The notes under the pieces: generated by a model
What the model was told of the DNA's origin: nothing
The model's database searches: none
What the model saw: the letters and a program-made list of their open reading frames with translations, nothing else
In this document: in pieces, positions 49,272 through 59,374 of the stretch
How the letters are laid out: each line of letters begins with the position of its first letter
Position numbering within the stretch: the stretch's first letter is position 1
DNA from: Pseudomonadota bacterium
Lineage (GTDB): Bacteria > Desulfobacterota > Binatia > Binatales > Binataceae
Length of the DNA: 64,000 nt
Reading direction: 5' to 3'
Assembly (NCBI GenBank): GCA_021325355.1
Contig: JAJPHI010000014.1
Span: 1,129 to 65,128 of the forward strand
Program-made: the position numbers and the translations under genes

Positions 49272-50364
49272 CGGCAATCTCTACGGCGGCGTCGAAACGA
49301 TCCTGACGACGCTCGCCCGCTTCTCCGCTAATCGGCTGGAGCATCATTTTGCCCTCTGCTTTGATGGACGCGTGGCGCAGGAACTGCGGCGCCTCGAGGC
49401 GAACGTGGTGCAACTGGGCGCGGCGCGCACGCGCCACCCGCTTGCGCTGCTGCGCGCGCGTCGGCGCTTGCGCCGCGTCCTCGACGATGACGATTTCGAC
49501 GCGGTGGCCTGTCACATGCCGTGGGCGCAGGCGATCTTCGGACCGGTCGTGAGGCGGGCCGGGATAGCGTCGATCTTTTGGATGCATGACACGAGTTCAG
49601 GCGGTCACTGGCTGGAGCGCTGGGCGCGTCGGACCCCTCCCGACCTGGCGATCTGCAACAGCGTCTTCACCGCCGCGAGCCTCCCGCGGCTGTATCCAAA
49701 CGTGCCGGGCGAGGTCTGGTATCCCCCGGTAACGCCTTGCGCCTGCAGCGGTGGCGAAAACAGGCGCGCAGTGCGCGCGGAACTCGCGACGCCGGCGGAC
49801 GCCGTGGTGATTCTGCAGGCAAGCCGCTTCGAAGCCTGGAAGGGCCATCGAGAGCATCTTGCCGCGCTGGCTTCGCTCCGTCACGACCCTCGATGGTTCT
49901 GCTGGCTGGCGGGCGGCGGCGATACGGCAAAGTATGAAGCCGAACTGCGTGACATGGCCGCGCAGCTCGGGATTGTTTCGCGGATCAGGTTCTGTGGCTT
50001 TCGTCGCGACGTGCGCCGCCTGATGGCCGCTGCAGATATCTACTGCCAGCCCAACACAGCGCCGGAACCCTTCGGCCTTGCCTTCGCCGAGGCGCTGAGC
50101 GCGGGATTGCCGGTCGTCACCACCGCCATGGGTGGCGTGGTCGAACTGGTGGACAGTTCCTGCGGCGTGTTGCTGCCGGGTTCCGACCCTGCCGCTCTCG
50201 CTTCAGCCCTGCGGCGTCTGATTGACGATGCGGCGCTGCGCTCTGTGCTCGGTCGAAACGGCCGCGCCCGTGTGCTGCGGCTCTGCAACGTCGACGATCA
50301 AATGGCGCGGATCGACGGAATCGTCGGTCGCCTCGGGCGTGATTATCGAGCGGCAGGTTCGTGA
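49249..50364 (+). CDS. Glycosyltransferase family 4
   Basis: YGGVE, WKG, EPFGLAFAEA. Confidence 0.9.
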   Translation: MRLLHVHSGNLYGGVETILTTLARFSANRLEHHFALCFDGRVAQELRRLEANVVQLGAARTRHPLALLRARRRLRRVLDDDDFDAVACHMPWAQAIFGPVVRRAGIASIFWMHDTSSGGHWLERWARRTPPDLAICNSVFTAASLPRLYPNVPGEVWYPPVTPCACSGGENRRAVRAELATPADAVVILQASRFEAWKGHREHLAALASLRHDPRWFCWLAGGGDTAKYEAELRDMAAQLGIVSRIRFCGFRRDVRRLMAAADIYCQPNTAPEPFGLAFAEALSAGLPVVTTAMGGVVELVDSSCGVLLPGSDPAALASALRRLIDDAALRSVLGRNGRARVLRLCNVDDQMARIDGIVGRLGRDYRAAGS

Positions 50365-51521
50365 TGCCGACGGCGACGATCAGCACGAGCGTTCTCCTGC
50401 GGCTACTGGCACTTTACGGACGGATCTCTGATTTCCGGCGACGGCCGTCGCCGCGCCCGCCCCACCGCCTGTTAGTCGTCACCACGGGCGGCATCGGCGA
50501 CGGTGTTCTGCTTCACGCGATCATCCACCATCTGCGTCGGTTGAGTCCGACGATGGAGGTCGGGATCCTGGCCGGGTTCGGTGCCGCCGAAGCGCTGGCC
50601 GGTCTGCGCGACGCGAGGTTCCATCAATACGCGCCGGGCGCGCGCGGCACGATCGGGTGGGGCAAACTGATTCGCGAATTGCGGCGGGCGCGCTATGACA
50701 CCGCGCTCGCGACCGATCACACGTCGTTCACCAGCGCCGCGATCGTCTGTCTTGCGCGGATTCGCTGCCGCGTCGGTTTCAGGCCGGTGAACCACTACCC
50801 TCAGCATCGCCTGTTCAATCACGTGGTTGCGCTCGACGAAGGCCGGTCGCAGTGGGAATCGCTGCTCGAACTGGCGCGGGTGGTCGAGCCCGATCTGCCG
50901 CCGATGGTGGAGGTGGTCCCTCTGCCGATTCCGGCGCCGCTCGAGGCGCAGGTGGCGGCCTGGTGGCAGGCCGTCGTACCGGCGGGCAGCCGGGTAGTCG
51001 CGGTGCATCCGGGATCGGGCGTTCACGAGTTCAAGCGCTGGCCGGTCGAACGCTTCGTCGAGACCGTTCGCACGCTGCAGCGCGCCGCGCCGCATCTGCT
51101 GCCACTATTGACCGGGAACGGCGCCGAGCGCGATTTATGTGAAAGATTCCGGCGCCTGTACGGAGGGCTGACGATCAACGCCGTCGGGGTATTTCCGGGC
51201 GTCGCGGCGACGGCCGCAATCCTACGGCGATGCGATCTTTTGATCAGTAATGATACGGGGGTGATGCATCTGGGCGCAGCGATGGGCGTGCCGACCGTCG
51301 GACTGTTCGGTCCAACCTCGCCGATCCAGTGGGCGCCGCGCGGGCCGCACGCAACCTATGTTGCTGGTCCGCAGCCACCGTGCAGTCCATGTATCCGCAA
51401 CTACCGCGGCGCGCTGCCGGATCGCTGCACCAATCCCGTGACCGGGCAATGCCTGGCGACGCTCGCCGTCGATCAGGTGGTTGGGGCGGCCGCGCGGGTT
51501 GCCGGTCGATGGCTCACCTAG
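50361..51521 (+). CDS. Glycosyltransferase family 9 (heptosyltransferase-like)
   Basis: GGIGD, HPGSG...KRWP, SNDTGVMHLGAA, LFGPT, CSPC. Confidence 0.9.
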   Translation: MMPTATISTSVLLRLLALYGRISDFRRRPSPRPPHRLLVVTTGGIGDGVLLHAIIHHLRRLSPTMEVGILAGFGAAEALAGLRDARFHQYAPGARGTIGWGKLIRELRRARYDTALATDHTSFTSAAIVCLARIRCRVGFRPVNHYPQHRLFNHVVALDEGRSQWESLLELARVVEPDLPPMVEVVPLPIPAPLEAQVAAWWQAVVPAGSRVVAVHPGSGVHEFKRWPVERFVETVRTLQRAAPHLLPLLTGNGAERDLCERFRRLYGGLTINAVGVFPGVAATAAILRRCDLLISNDTGVMHLGAAMGVPTVGLFGPTSPIQWAPRGPHATYVAGPQPPCSPCIRNYRGALPDRCTNPVTGQCLATLAVDQVVGAAARVAGRWLT

Positions 51522-52315
51522 TCGCAGCGTCATCGCCGAAGCGTCTGCGTGACGTGATGCGAACGGCGTCGCGGCTCCGCTATCTTGCGTGGCGCGCGAC
51601 CCCGATTCGTCGTCAGATTACCCTGCGATTGCGCGGCGGCGAACGGATCGTGGTGCGGCCGCCGCCGAGCGGCGACCTGAGCGTCGCGTTCGAGATTTTC
51701 GTGGCCGAGCTGTATCGGTCGCCGCGACCGCTCCCCGCGGTCAGTAGGATTGTTGACGTCGGCGCGAATGTCGGTTTTTCGGTAACCTATCTGGCGCGAC
51801 GCTTTCCGACGGCGACGGTGACGGCATTTGAACCCCATCCGGCGCACCTGCTGCAGCTTGCCCGGAATGTCAAGGCCAACCATCTCGGGGATCGCGTGAC
51901 CGTGATTCCGGCGGCCGCCGGTGCGGCCAGCGGTCGCGGCTTTCTGAGCGATGCCGGCGAGTGCTCACGCCTCGTTCTCGAGGCAGCGCAGGATGGTATC
52001 GAGGTTCCGATAGCTGATTTCTTTGCGGCGATCGGCGACGAGCCGATCGATCTACTGAAGATGGACTGCGAGGGCGGCGAGCACGCGCTGGTCATGGATG
52101 ATCGCTTCGCCGCCCTGCGGATTGCGGCGATCGTCCTCGAATGGCACGCGGGGCCATATCCTGCGGCCGACGAGACACGTCTGCAAAGGCGGCTGCTCGA
52201 CCTTGGGTTTGAGATCGAAACAGGGACCGCGCAGGCCCTGGGCGATCGTCGATGGGGCATGCTGTGGGCCTACCACCGCGATCGTAGCCGCATCGCCACG
52301 GGCGCCGGCCAATGA
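51509..52315 (+). CDS. FkbM-family SAM-dependent methyltransferase
   Basis: VDVGANVG, AFEP, DLLKMDCEGGE; start 51509 or 51557. Confidence 0.9.
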   Translation: MAHLVAASSPKRLRDVMRTASRLRYLAWRATPIRRQITLRLRGGERIVVRPPPSGDLSVAFEIFVAELYRSPRPLPAVSRIVDVGANVGFSVTYLARRFPTATVTAFEPHPAHLLQLARNVKANHLGDRVTVIPAAAGAASGRGFLSDAGECSRLVLEAAQDGIEVPIADFFAAIGDEPIDLLKMDCEGGEHALVMDDRFAALRIAAIVLEWHAGPYPAADETRLQRRLLDLGFEIETGTAQALGDRRWGMLWAYHRDRSRIATGAGQ

Positions 52316-53646
52316 TTGCGATCGGGCTCTGCGGCGCGGCTTTCATCGGATGCTTCGTGGCCACGCGTCAGGCTCTGTGGGCCGGAATCGCTGCGAGCCT
52401 GGCGGTCGGCTACCTCTATGGGATAATTCGCGCGAACCTCGCGAATCCGGCCGCGCAATTTGTGTACGACGCGGCCATCGCCGGGGTTTTCCTGGCCGCG
52501 CTGGCCCAGCGACTCGATTCTGCGCAGCGGTGGCGGCTGCGCCGGCTGATGCCGTGGGTAATCTGTCTCATCGGATGGCCGACGATGCTGCTTTTGGTGC
52601 CGTCGCAAAATCCCTGGATCCAGTTGGTCGGATGGCGCGGCAACGTGCTGTTCGTGCCCTTTATTCTGCTCGGCGGCCTGCTTGACGAAAATACGATGCG
52701 GCGCCTGGCGCGAAGTATCGGATGGCTCAATCTGGCGGTTCTGCTGGTTGCCTTCGCGGAAGTTATCTGGGGCGTGCCGCGCTTCTATCCATTCAACGCC
52801 GTGGACGCGATCATTTACAAAAGCACGGACGTCACCTTCAACGGCGTCAACCATTATCGCATCCCGGCAACTTTCACCCACTCTGCCGCTTACGCTACGT
52901 GCATGGTCGCCAGCATCCCGCTTCTGGTAGGCGCTTTGAGCCTGACTCGACTTCGCGGCGAACGCTGGTTTCTGCTGGGGGCGGTGGGAGCTTCGGCCAT
53001 CGGCGTGTTTCTCGCCGCGTCGCGTTCCGAGGCGGTGGTCTTGATTACCATCGTGATGGTGACGACGGTGGCGCTCGGCGGCCGGCGCATTCCGCGTATG
53101 GCCTGGGTGGTGCTTATCATCGTGATTGCCGCGATCGTTGCGGCAACGCCGCGACTGCAGCGATTTTTCACGCTGGCGAATCCTGAAGTGGTGACCGCAA
53201 GACTGCATTCGAGCGTCAACGGCTCGATTATCGACCTGATCGAGGAATATCCTCTGGGTAACGGCCTCGGCGGTGGCGGCACCAGTATTCCCTATTTTCT
53301 CAAGCCGCTGCTACACGATCCCGTGGCGGTCGAGAATGAGTATGGACGAATTGTTCTGGAGCAGGGATTGCCCGGCCTGCTTATCTGGCTTGGATTCATG
53401 TTCTGGGTGCTGATCCGCTCCGCGCCGGACCGCAACGATCCCTGGTACGTGGGTCGTTGGCTGGCGCGGCTGTTCTGTCTCATCTCGTTCGCGACCGCGC
53501 CGCTCGGCACCGGTCTGCTGAATGCAATTCCGCAAACCGCGCTGACCCTGATGTACTGCGGATGGATCGCCACCTCGCGCCAGCGCCCGCGACTTCGCAC
53601 CGCGCCCCGTCGGCCTGCGGCGCGCGCCGTGGCGGCGAGCTCATGA
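52312..53646 (+). CDS. Multi-TM membrane protein, putative Wzy polymerase/ligase-like
   Basis: About 10 hydrophobic segments; YRIPATF, ASRS, PLGNGLG, ENEY...EQG.PG Wzy_C-like pattern. Confidence 0.65.
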   Translation: MIAIGLCGAAFIGCFVATRQALWAGIAASLAVGYLYGIIRANLANPAAQFVYDAAIAGVFLAALAQRLDSAQRWRLRRLMPWVICLIGWPTMLLLVPSQNPWIQLVGWRGNVLFVPFILLGGLLDENTMRRLARSIGWLNLAVLLVAFAEVIWGVPRFYPFNAVDAIIYKSTDVTFNGVNHYRIPATFTHSAAYATCMVASIPLLVGALSLTRLRGERWFLLGAVGASAIGVFLAASRSEAVVLITIVMVTTVALGGRRIPRMAWVVLIIVIAAIVAATPRLQRFFTLANPEVVTARLHSSVNGSIIDLIEEYPLGNGLGGGGTSIPYFLKPLLHDPVAVENEYGRIVLEQGLPGLLIWLGFMFWVLIRSAPDRNDPWYVGRWLARLFCLISFATAPLGTGLLNAIPQTALTLMYCGWIATSRQRPRLRTAPRRPAARAVAASS

Positions 53647-54854
53647 TGGCTCGGCGGTCGCGCGAAACGTCATCGTGCTGGGTGCTGGTCGCCGGCGGTT
53701 TTCACGCTGACGGCGGCATGGACAAACTCAACGCGGCGCTCGCGCGGTATCTGATCGATCAGGGGCATGCGGTGCACCTCGTGGCTTTTCGGATCGACGA
53801 TTCCTTCCTGCTACGGCACGCCGCCGGGACGTATCTCGTGGCGAAGCCGGCCGGCTCTTTTTTTCTTGGGCGGACGCGTCTCGATCGGAGGGGCAGGCGC
53901 GTCGCCGCGGCGCTCAAGGCGCGCGGTTTGCGGGTGCGCGTTGTCGCCAACGGTATCGGGTGCACGTGGCCGGATATCAACTGGGTGCATTTTGTAAATC
54001 ACGCGTGGCCGTCGCGGATGATGCACGGTCCGCGATGGCTACGGCTCAAGTCGCGCATCGAAGCGCGCCATACCCTTAGGCTCGAGCGGCACGTCCTGCC
54101 CCGCGCGCGACTCCTGATTGCCAACTCCCGCCGAACTCGCGCGGACCTGCTGAAGTACCTGCAGGTGCCGCCCGACCGTATCGTGACCGTCTACCCGGGG
54201 CTGGAGTCGGACTGGGCTCCCGCAACCGCCGAGGAGCGGAACCGCGCGCGCTCCAGTCTGGGGATCAGCGACCCGTCGCCGACGATTCTCTTCGTCGGCG
54301 CACTCGGTTTCGATCGGCGCAAGGGCTTCGATACGCTCTGGGAGGCGTGGCGGCGGCTTGCCGGTCGCGAGGATTGGCGCGCGACGCTGCTGGTTGCCGG
54401 CGACGGGCGAGCGCTGCCGCATTGGCGTCGGATCGTGAGCGCATCCGAATATGGCAAACGGGTTAGATTCCTGGGCTTCGCGCCGATTGCCGAGGTCTTG
54501 CCCGCTGCCGACCTGCTGGTTAGTCCGACGCGCTACGAGCCCTACGGGCTGAACGTGCACGAAGCCATCTGTCGCGGCGTCCCCGCGCTGGTCAGCGCCG
54601 ACGCGGGGGTCGCTGAACGCTTTCCGCCGTCGCTGCGTCCGTGTCTACTCGCCAGTCCGGATGATCCCGATGAAATCGCTCGTCGCCTGGTGGAGTGGAG
54701 CGGGCGTGGCGATGACTGCCGTCGTCTTTTCGCGCCCTTGAGCCGCGCCTTGCGCGACCATACGGCTGACGCGATGGCGCGTCAGATCGTCGAGGCGGTG
54801 ACCGAATCATCAGATGGAAAGTGGCGTGAGTTAAATGATCGCCGGGCCGTATAA
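53643..54854 (+). CDS. Glycosyltransferase family 4
   Basis: GGM, RKGFD, YEPYGLNVHEA; ATGA overlap. Confidence 0.9.
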   Translation: MMARRSRETSSCWVLVAGGFHADGGMDKLNAALARYLIDQGHAVHLVAFRIDDSFLLRHAAGTYLVAKPAGSFFLGRTRLDRRGRRVAAALKARGLRVRVVANGIGCTWPDINWVHFVNHAWPSRMMHGPRWLRLKSRIEARHTLRLERHVLPRARLLIANSRRTRADLLKYLQVPPDRIVTVYPGLESDWAPATAEERNRARSSLGISDPSPTILFVGALGFDRRKGFDTLWEAWRRLAGREDWRATLLVAGDGRALPHWRRIVSASEYGKRVRFLGFAPIAEVLPAADLLVSPTRYEPYGLNVHEAICRGVPALVSADAGVAERFPPSLRPCLLASPDDPDEIARRLVEWSGRGDDCRRLFAPLSRALRDHTADAMARQIVEAVTESSDGKWRELNDRRAV

Positions 54855-54865
54855 TTCGCATACGC

Positions 54866-55780
54866 ATGGATGCTGAGGAATTTGCCATCGATAGCGCAGT
54901 TGACCGACCAACGGCCGAGGCTGCGGCCGACGCGCTGCAAGATTCGGTGGCGGACCGCGCGGAGCGGCCGCTGCTGACTATCCGCGGTGGGCGTCGATGG
55001 ACGGGTCTCGGCTTCGTCGAACTGTGGAAATATCGCGATCTCCTGCTGCTCCTGACGTGGCGCGAAATCAAAATCCGCTACAAGCAGACGGTGCTGGGCA
55101 TCGTCTGGGCAGTTATTCAACCGCTGCTGACGATGGTGATCTTCACACTGTTGTTCGGCAAACTCGCGCGACTGCCTTCCGACGGGGCTCCTTACGCGAT
55201 CTTCTCTTACGTCGGACTACTGGCCTGGAATTTTTTCAATACCGCGGTCGCCGGCAGCAGCACGAGTCTGGTGGGTAATTCCAACCTGATCACGAAAGTA
55301 TATTTTCCGCGCCTGGTCATTCCCGGAGCGACGGTCGGCGCGGCGCTCTTCGACCTGGCAATTGCCGCCACGCTGCTGCTGCCGATGATGCTGTTCTATC
55401 AGATGACCTTCTCGCTACGCCTGCTGATGTTGCCGATATTCACCCTGCTGCTGACAATCGTGGCAAGCGGCGTAGGGTTGTGGGCCGCGGCGCTCAACGT
55501 TAAATACCGCGACGTGCGTTATGCCCTGCCTTTTCTGCTGCAGGTCTGGATGTTTGTAACGCCGATTATTTATCCGATCAGTTTCGTGCCCGCCCGATGG
55601 CGCTGGCTAATCGCGCTGAACCCGTTGACGGGTATTATTGCGAATTTGCGTGCCAGCGTTCTGGACCGCTCCTTTGACTGGCGGAATCTGTTTATTTCGA
55701 CGCTGGTTGCGGTTTCACTGCTGATTTACTCCACATATATATTTCGGCGTCTGGAGCGGGAATTCGCCGATCTGATCTGA
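54866..55780 (+). CDS. wzm: ABC-2 polysaccharide exporter permease
   Basis: RYKQTVLGIVW, LITKVYFPR, YRDVRY, TPIIYP, LNP. Confidence 0.93.
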   Translation: MDAEEFAIDSAVDRPTAEAAADALQDSVADRAERPLLTIRGGRRWTGLGFVELWKYRDLLLLLTWREIKIRYKQTVLGIVWAVIQPLLTMVIFTLLFGKLARLPSDGAPYAIFSYVGLLAWNFFNTAVAGSSTSLVGNSNLITKVYFPRLVIPGATVGAALFDLAIAATLLLPMMLFYQMTFSLRLLMLPIFTLLLTIVASGVGLWAAALNVKYRDVRYALPFLLQVWMFVTPIIYPISFVPARWRWLIALNPLTGIIANLRASVLDRSFDWRNLFISTLVAVSLLIYSTYIFRRLEREFADLI

Positions 55781-55801
55781 GTATTTGAAGACGTTGCGCC
55801 G

Positions 55802-57088
55802 ATGCGGCCGATGGTCAGAGTCGAAGGGGTAACCAAGCGCTACCGCCTGGGTGAGCGCGAGCCGTATTTCACCTTGCGCGAAGCGTTGATGCGCGCGCTC
55901 GCCGCTCCGGCCCGCTGGTCCCGCGCGCGCCGCGGCACAGCGCGCCGCGCAGCGGACGCGCCGTATCTCCTGGCGCTCGACGACGTCAGTTTCGCAGTGG
56001 ATGCGGGCGCAGTGGTCGGGATTATCGGACGCAATGGCGCGGGCAAGTCGACGCTGCTCAAAATCCTCTCGCGGATAACCGAGCCGACCGCCGGTCAGAT
56101 TGACCTTTACGGTCGGGTTGGCAGCCTGCTGGAAATCGGTACCGGGTTCCATCCTGAGCTGACGGGGCGCGACAACGTTTTTCTGAGCGGCGCGATTTTA
56201 GGCATGCGGCGCGCCGAGATCGCGCGCAAATTCGACGCGATCGTGGCCTTTGCCGAGGTCGAGAAATTCATCGATACCCCGGTCAAGCGCTATTCGAGCG
56301 GTATGTACGTGCGTCTGGCATTCGCCGTCGCCGCTCATCTGGAGACCGAAATTCTGCTGGTGGATGAAGTGCTCGCCGTCGGCGACGCGGCGTTCCAGAA
56401 GCGCTGCCTCGGCAAGATGGGTGAAGTCGCGCGCACCGGGCGCACGGTTCTCTTCGTGAGCCACAACATGGCGGCGATCGAATCGTTGTGCCAGTCCTGC
56501 ATATTGTTGCGCGGGGGCAGACTCCAGGGGATCGGACCGCCGTCGGAGATTATAACCCGCTACATGACCGAGGAGTTGCTCGAGCGCGGCGGCGGCGCCG
56601 AGATGAGCAATCATCCGGGTCGGCGACGCGGCTCGATCGTGATGCTGCGGAGTGTGCGGGTGTGGTCCGACGGCGTGGAGGGCGGCGGGCGGATGGGAGC
56701 GCGGCTCGTGGTCGAAGCGAATTTCGCCGCACCGCGGCCGATTCGGCCCACCTTCGCGGTGACGATCAAGAGTGCGAACGGCGCGCCGATCTTCGGTGTC
56801 AGCAACCGCTGGACGCGCCAGGGCGCGGAGGCGGAGCCGCTGCGCGGCGGCCTTATCGCCTGCGAGTTTCCGCGCCTGCCGCTGATGCCGGGTACCTATC
56901 TGCTGGATCTCTACCTGGGTGATTTCGGCGACCCCACCCGCGATCTCGATGTCATCCTCGATGCGGTGACGCTCGAAGTCTTTCCGTCGGATATCTACGG
57001 CACGGGGATGCTGCCCCGGCCAATTGACGGGCCGGTCTTTTGCGATGCGACCTGGCGGGTTCAAGAGGTCGGAGACTCCGATGCCTGA
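55802..57088 (+). CDS. wzt: ABC polysaccharide exporter ATPase with C-terminal Wzt_C domain
   Basis: GRNGAGKST, YSSGM, VDEVLAVGD, VSH; about 150-aa beta-rich extension ending LPLMPGTY. Confidence 0.93.
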   Translation: MRPMVRVEGVTKRYRLGEREPYFTLREALMRALAAPARWSRARRGTARRAADAPYLLALDDVSFAVDAGAVVGIIGRNGAGKSTLLKILSRITEPTAGQIDLYGRVGSLLEIGTGFHPELTGRDNVFLSGAILGMRRAEIARKFDAIVAFAEVEKFIDTPVKRYSSGMYVRLAFAVAAHLETEILLVDEVLAVGDAAFQKRCLGKMGEVARTGRTVLFVSHNMAAIESLCQSCILLRGGRLQGIGPPSEIITRYMTEELLERGGGAEMSNHPGRRRGSIVMLRSVRVWSDGVEGGGRMGARLVVEANFAAPRPIRPTFAVTIKSANGAPIFGVSNRWTRQGAEAEPLRGGLIACEFPRLPLMPGTYLLDLYLGDFGDPTRDLDVILDAVTLEVFPSDIYGTGMLPRPIDGPVFCDATWRVQEVGDSDA

Positions 57089-58244
57089 TTCAGCGCTGCT
57101 CGCGTCGCCACCGGGCGTTGCCGGTGACCAATCCGCCGTATCCCATAGGGAAAATTCGGCGCGAAGAACGACGCGCGTGGTGCATCTGGTGCCCGCGCGC
57201 TTCGGGATTGACGGTGTGATGGGCGGGGCCGAGCGCTTTGCTCATCAACTGGCGCGCCACATGGCGGAAGAGGTCCCGACGCGACTCGTTACCTTCGGCG
57301 AGTCCGATAGCTCGTTCTGCGACCGCAAGCTCACCGTCCGCGTGATCGGCCGAGCCTGGCGGGTGCGTGGCCAGAGCGCGAATCCGATCGCACCCGGCTT
57401 ACTGCGCGAATTGCGATGGGCCGACGTCGTGCATTGCCATCAGCGCTTTGTGTTGGCCGCCAGTGTCGCCGCGCTGTTTTGTCGGCTCTCAGGACGCCGC
57501 GTGTTTGTGACCGATCTCGGCGGCGGCGGCTGGGACCTTTCTTTGTATCTCAACACCGACCGCTGGTTTCACGGCCATCTGCATCTGAGCGAGTACAGTC
57601 GCGCCGGCTACGGGCATACTGGCCGCCCCTGGGCGCACGTCATCTCGGGCGGCGTCGATACGCAGTTCTTCTCGCCGTCAGCCCCGCCGCGCGAGCGCCG
57701 CGCCGCGCTCTACGTCGGGCGCATCCTGCCGCATAAGGGGATCGACGTCCTCATTCGCGCGCTGCCACCCGATATGCCTCTCACGATAATCGGCCGGGCC
57801 TACGATGCGCGTTATCTAGAGGATCTGCGGCAACTCGCAAGCGCCAAATCGGTTGATTTCAACCTGGAGTGTGGTGATGACGACCTGGTTGCCGCTTATC
57901 GACGCGCCGCCTGCGTGATTCTGCCGAGTGTCCAACGGACGCTTTACGGCGAGAGAGTTGATTCCGCGGAGCTCCTGGGTCAGACCTTGCTCGAAGCGAT
58001 GGCTTGCGCGACGCCGGTGATCTGCTCCGCGCTCGGCGGCATGCCGGAAATCGTCGACGATGGCGTCAATGGGTTCGTGGTGCCGCCCGGGGATTGCGAC
58101 GCGCTCCGTCAACGGCTTCGCTGGTTCGCCGAGCATCCCGATGAAGCGGCGGCGATGGGTGCGGCGGGCCGCGCGCAAGTGGTCGCGAAGTTCACCTGGC
58201 CCCGGGTCGTTCGCCGCTGCCTCGAGATTTATCGTTCCGTATGA
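57081..58244 (+). CDS. Glycosyltransferase family 4
   Basis: GGAERF, VGRILPHKG, ELLGQTLLEAMA. Confidence 0.9.
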   Translation: MPDSALLASPPGVAGDQSAVSHRENSARRTTRVVHLVPARFGIDGVMGGAERFAHQLARHMAEEVPTRLVTFGESDSSFCDRKLTVRVIGRAWRVRGQSANPIAPGLLRELRWADVVHCHQRFVLAASVAALFCRLSGRRVFVTDLGGGGWDLSLYLNTDRWFHGHLHLSEYSRAGYGHTGRPWAHVISGGVDTQFFSPSAPPRERRAALYVGRILPHKGIDVLIRALPPDMPLTIIGRAYDARYLEDLRQLASAKSVDFNLECGDDDLVAAYRRAACVILPSVQRTLYGERVDSAELLGQTLLEAMACATPVICSALGGMPEIVDDGVNGFVVPPGDCDALRQRLRWFAEHPDEAAAMGAAGRAQVVAKFTWPRVVRRCLEIYRSV

Positions 58245-59374
58245 TCTGGCGGATACTTACCGGAGAATATCCGCCGCAGCGCGGCGGCGTCAGCGATTAC
58301 ACGCGACTCGTCGCGCGCGGGCTCCGCGCCGCCGGCGATCAGGTTCACGTCATCGCGCCGCATACGGATAAGGCGGCAGCGATTGACGATGGGATCGTGG
58401 TCCATCGCCTGCCGGGAAGTCTGGGACCGCGCGCCCTTTGGCGGATCGATCAAGTGCTGGCACAGGACAGCGGACGGCTGCTGGTCCAATACGTACCGCA
58501 GGCCTTCGGCACCCGCGGGATGAATCTGCCCTTCGCGATGTGGCTTCGGGCGCGGCGCGCTCTTCGTCCGATCGTGATGTTTCATGAAGTCATGTTTCCG
58601 CTCGAGCGCGGCCAGCCCCTTCGCCGGAACCTGCTCGGCGCAGCTACGCGCCTGATGGCGCGGCTGATCGCACAGTCCGCCGACCGGATCCTGGTTGCGA
58701 CGCCAGCCTGGGCCGAAGTGTTAAGGGAGCGGGTGGGCGTCAGACGCGAGGTGGAATGGCTGCCGCTCCCGAGCGTGATCGAACCGTTCTGCGACGAGAC
58801 CGCGGTGCGGCGACTCCGCGACCGGTTCACGCGACCGGGCGACCTGCTCGTCGCCCACTTCAGCACCTATCCCGAGCAGACGCGTGAACTCCTGCGAGCC
58901 CTGGTGCCGCGGCTCCTGACCGATGACCTTCGCGCGCACCTGCTCCTGCTGGGCTACGGCAATCGTGAATTTCTCGATCAGCTTGGACCCTGCCGCGAGC
59001 GCTTCGCCGGCCGTCTCCACGCGCCCGGCGCGTTGACTGAGCGCGACCTCTCACTTCATCTGTCGGCGGCGGACCTGATGCTTCAACCCTATCCGGACGG
59101 GGCCAATGCGCGGCGCAGCACGCTTATCATCGCGCTCGCGCATCGGCGGTGCGTACTGACCACGCGCGGGGTCGCGACCGAAGGCTTCTGGAACGAGAGC
59201 GGTGCCGTGATGATCGTCGAGCCTGCGGAGCTCTACTCGGCCCTGGCAAGTCTCGGCGGCGATGCCGCGCTGCGTGCGCGTTATGCGGACCGCGCCGCAG
59301 CTCTTTACCACGATCAATTTCAACTTCGTTGGACGATCGCGCGGCTGCGCGGCGAAGGATGCGAATCGCATTAG
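58241..59374 (+). CDS. Divergent glycosyltransferase (GT-B/GT4-like)
   Basis: EYPPQRGGVSDY, FHE, QPYPDG...RRST; ATGA overlap. Confidence 0.82.
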   Translation: MIWRILTGEYPPQRGGVSDYTRLVARGLRAAGDQVHVIAPHTDKAAAIDDGIVVHRLPGSLGPRALWRIDQVLAQDSGRLLVQYVPQAFGTRGMNLPFAMWLRARRALRPIVMFHEVMFPLERGQPLRRNLLGAATRLMARLIAQSADRILVATPAWAEVLRERVGVRREVEWLPLPSVIEPFCDETAVRRLRDRFTRPGDLLVAHFSTYPEQTRELLRALVPRLLTDDLRAHLLLLGYGNREFLDQLGPCRERFAGRLHAPGALTERDLSLHLSAADLMLQPYPDGANARRSTLIIALAHRRCVLTTRGVATEGFWNESGAVMIVEPAELYSALASLGGDAALRARYADRAAALYHDQFQLRWTIARLRGEGCESH

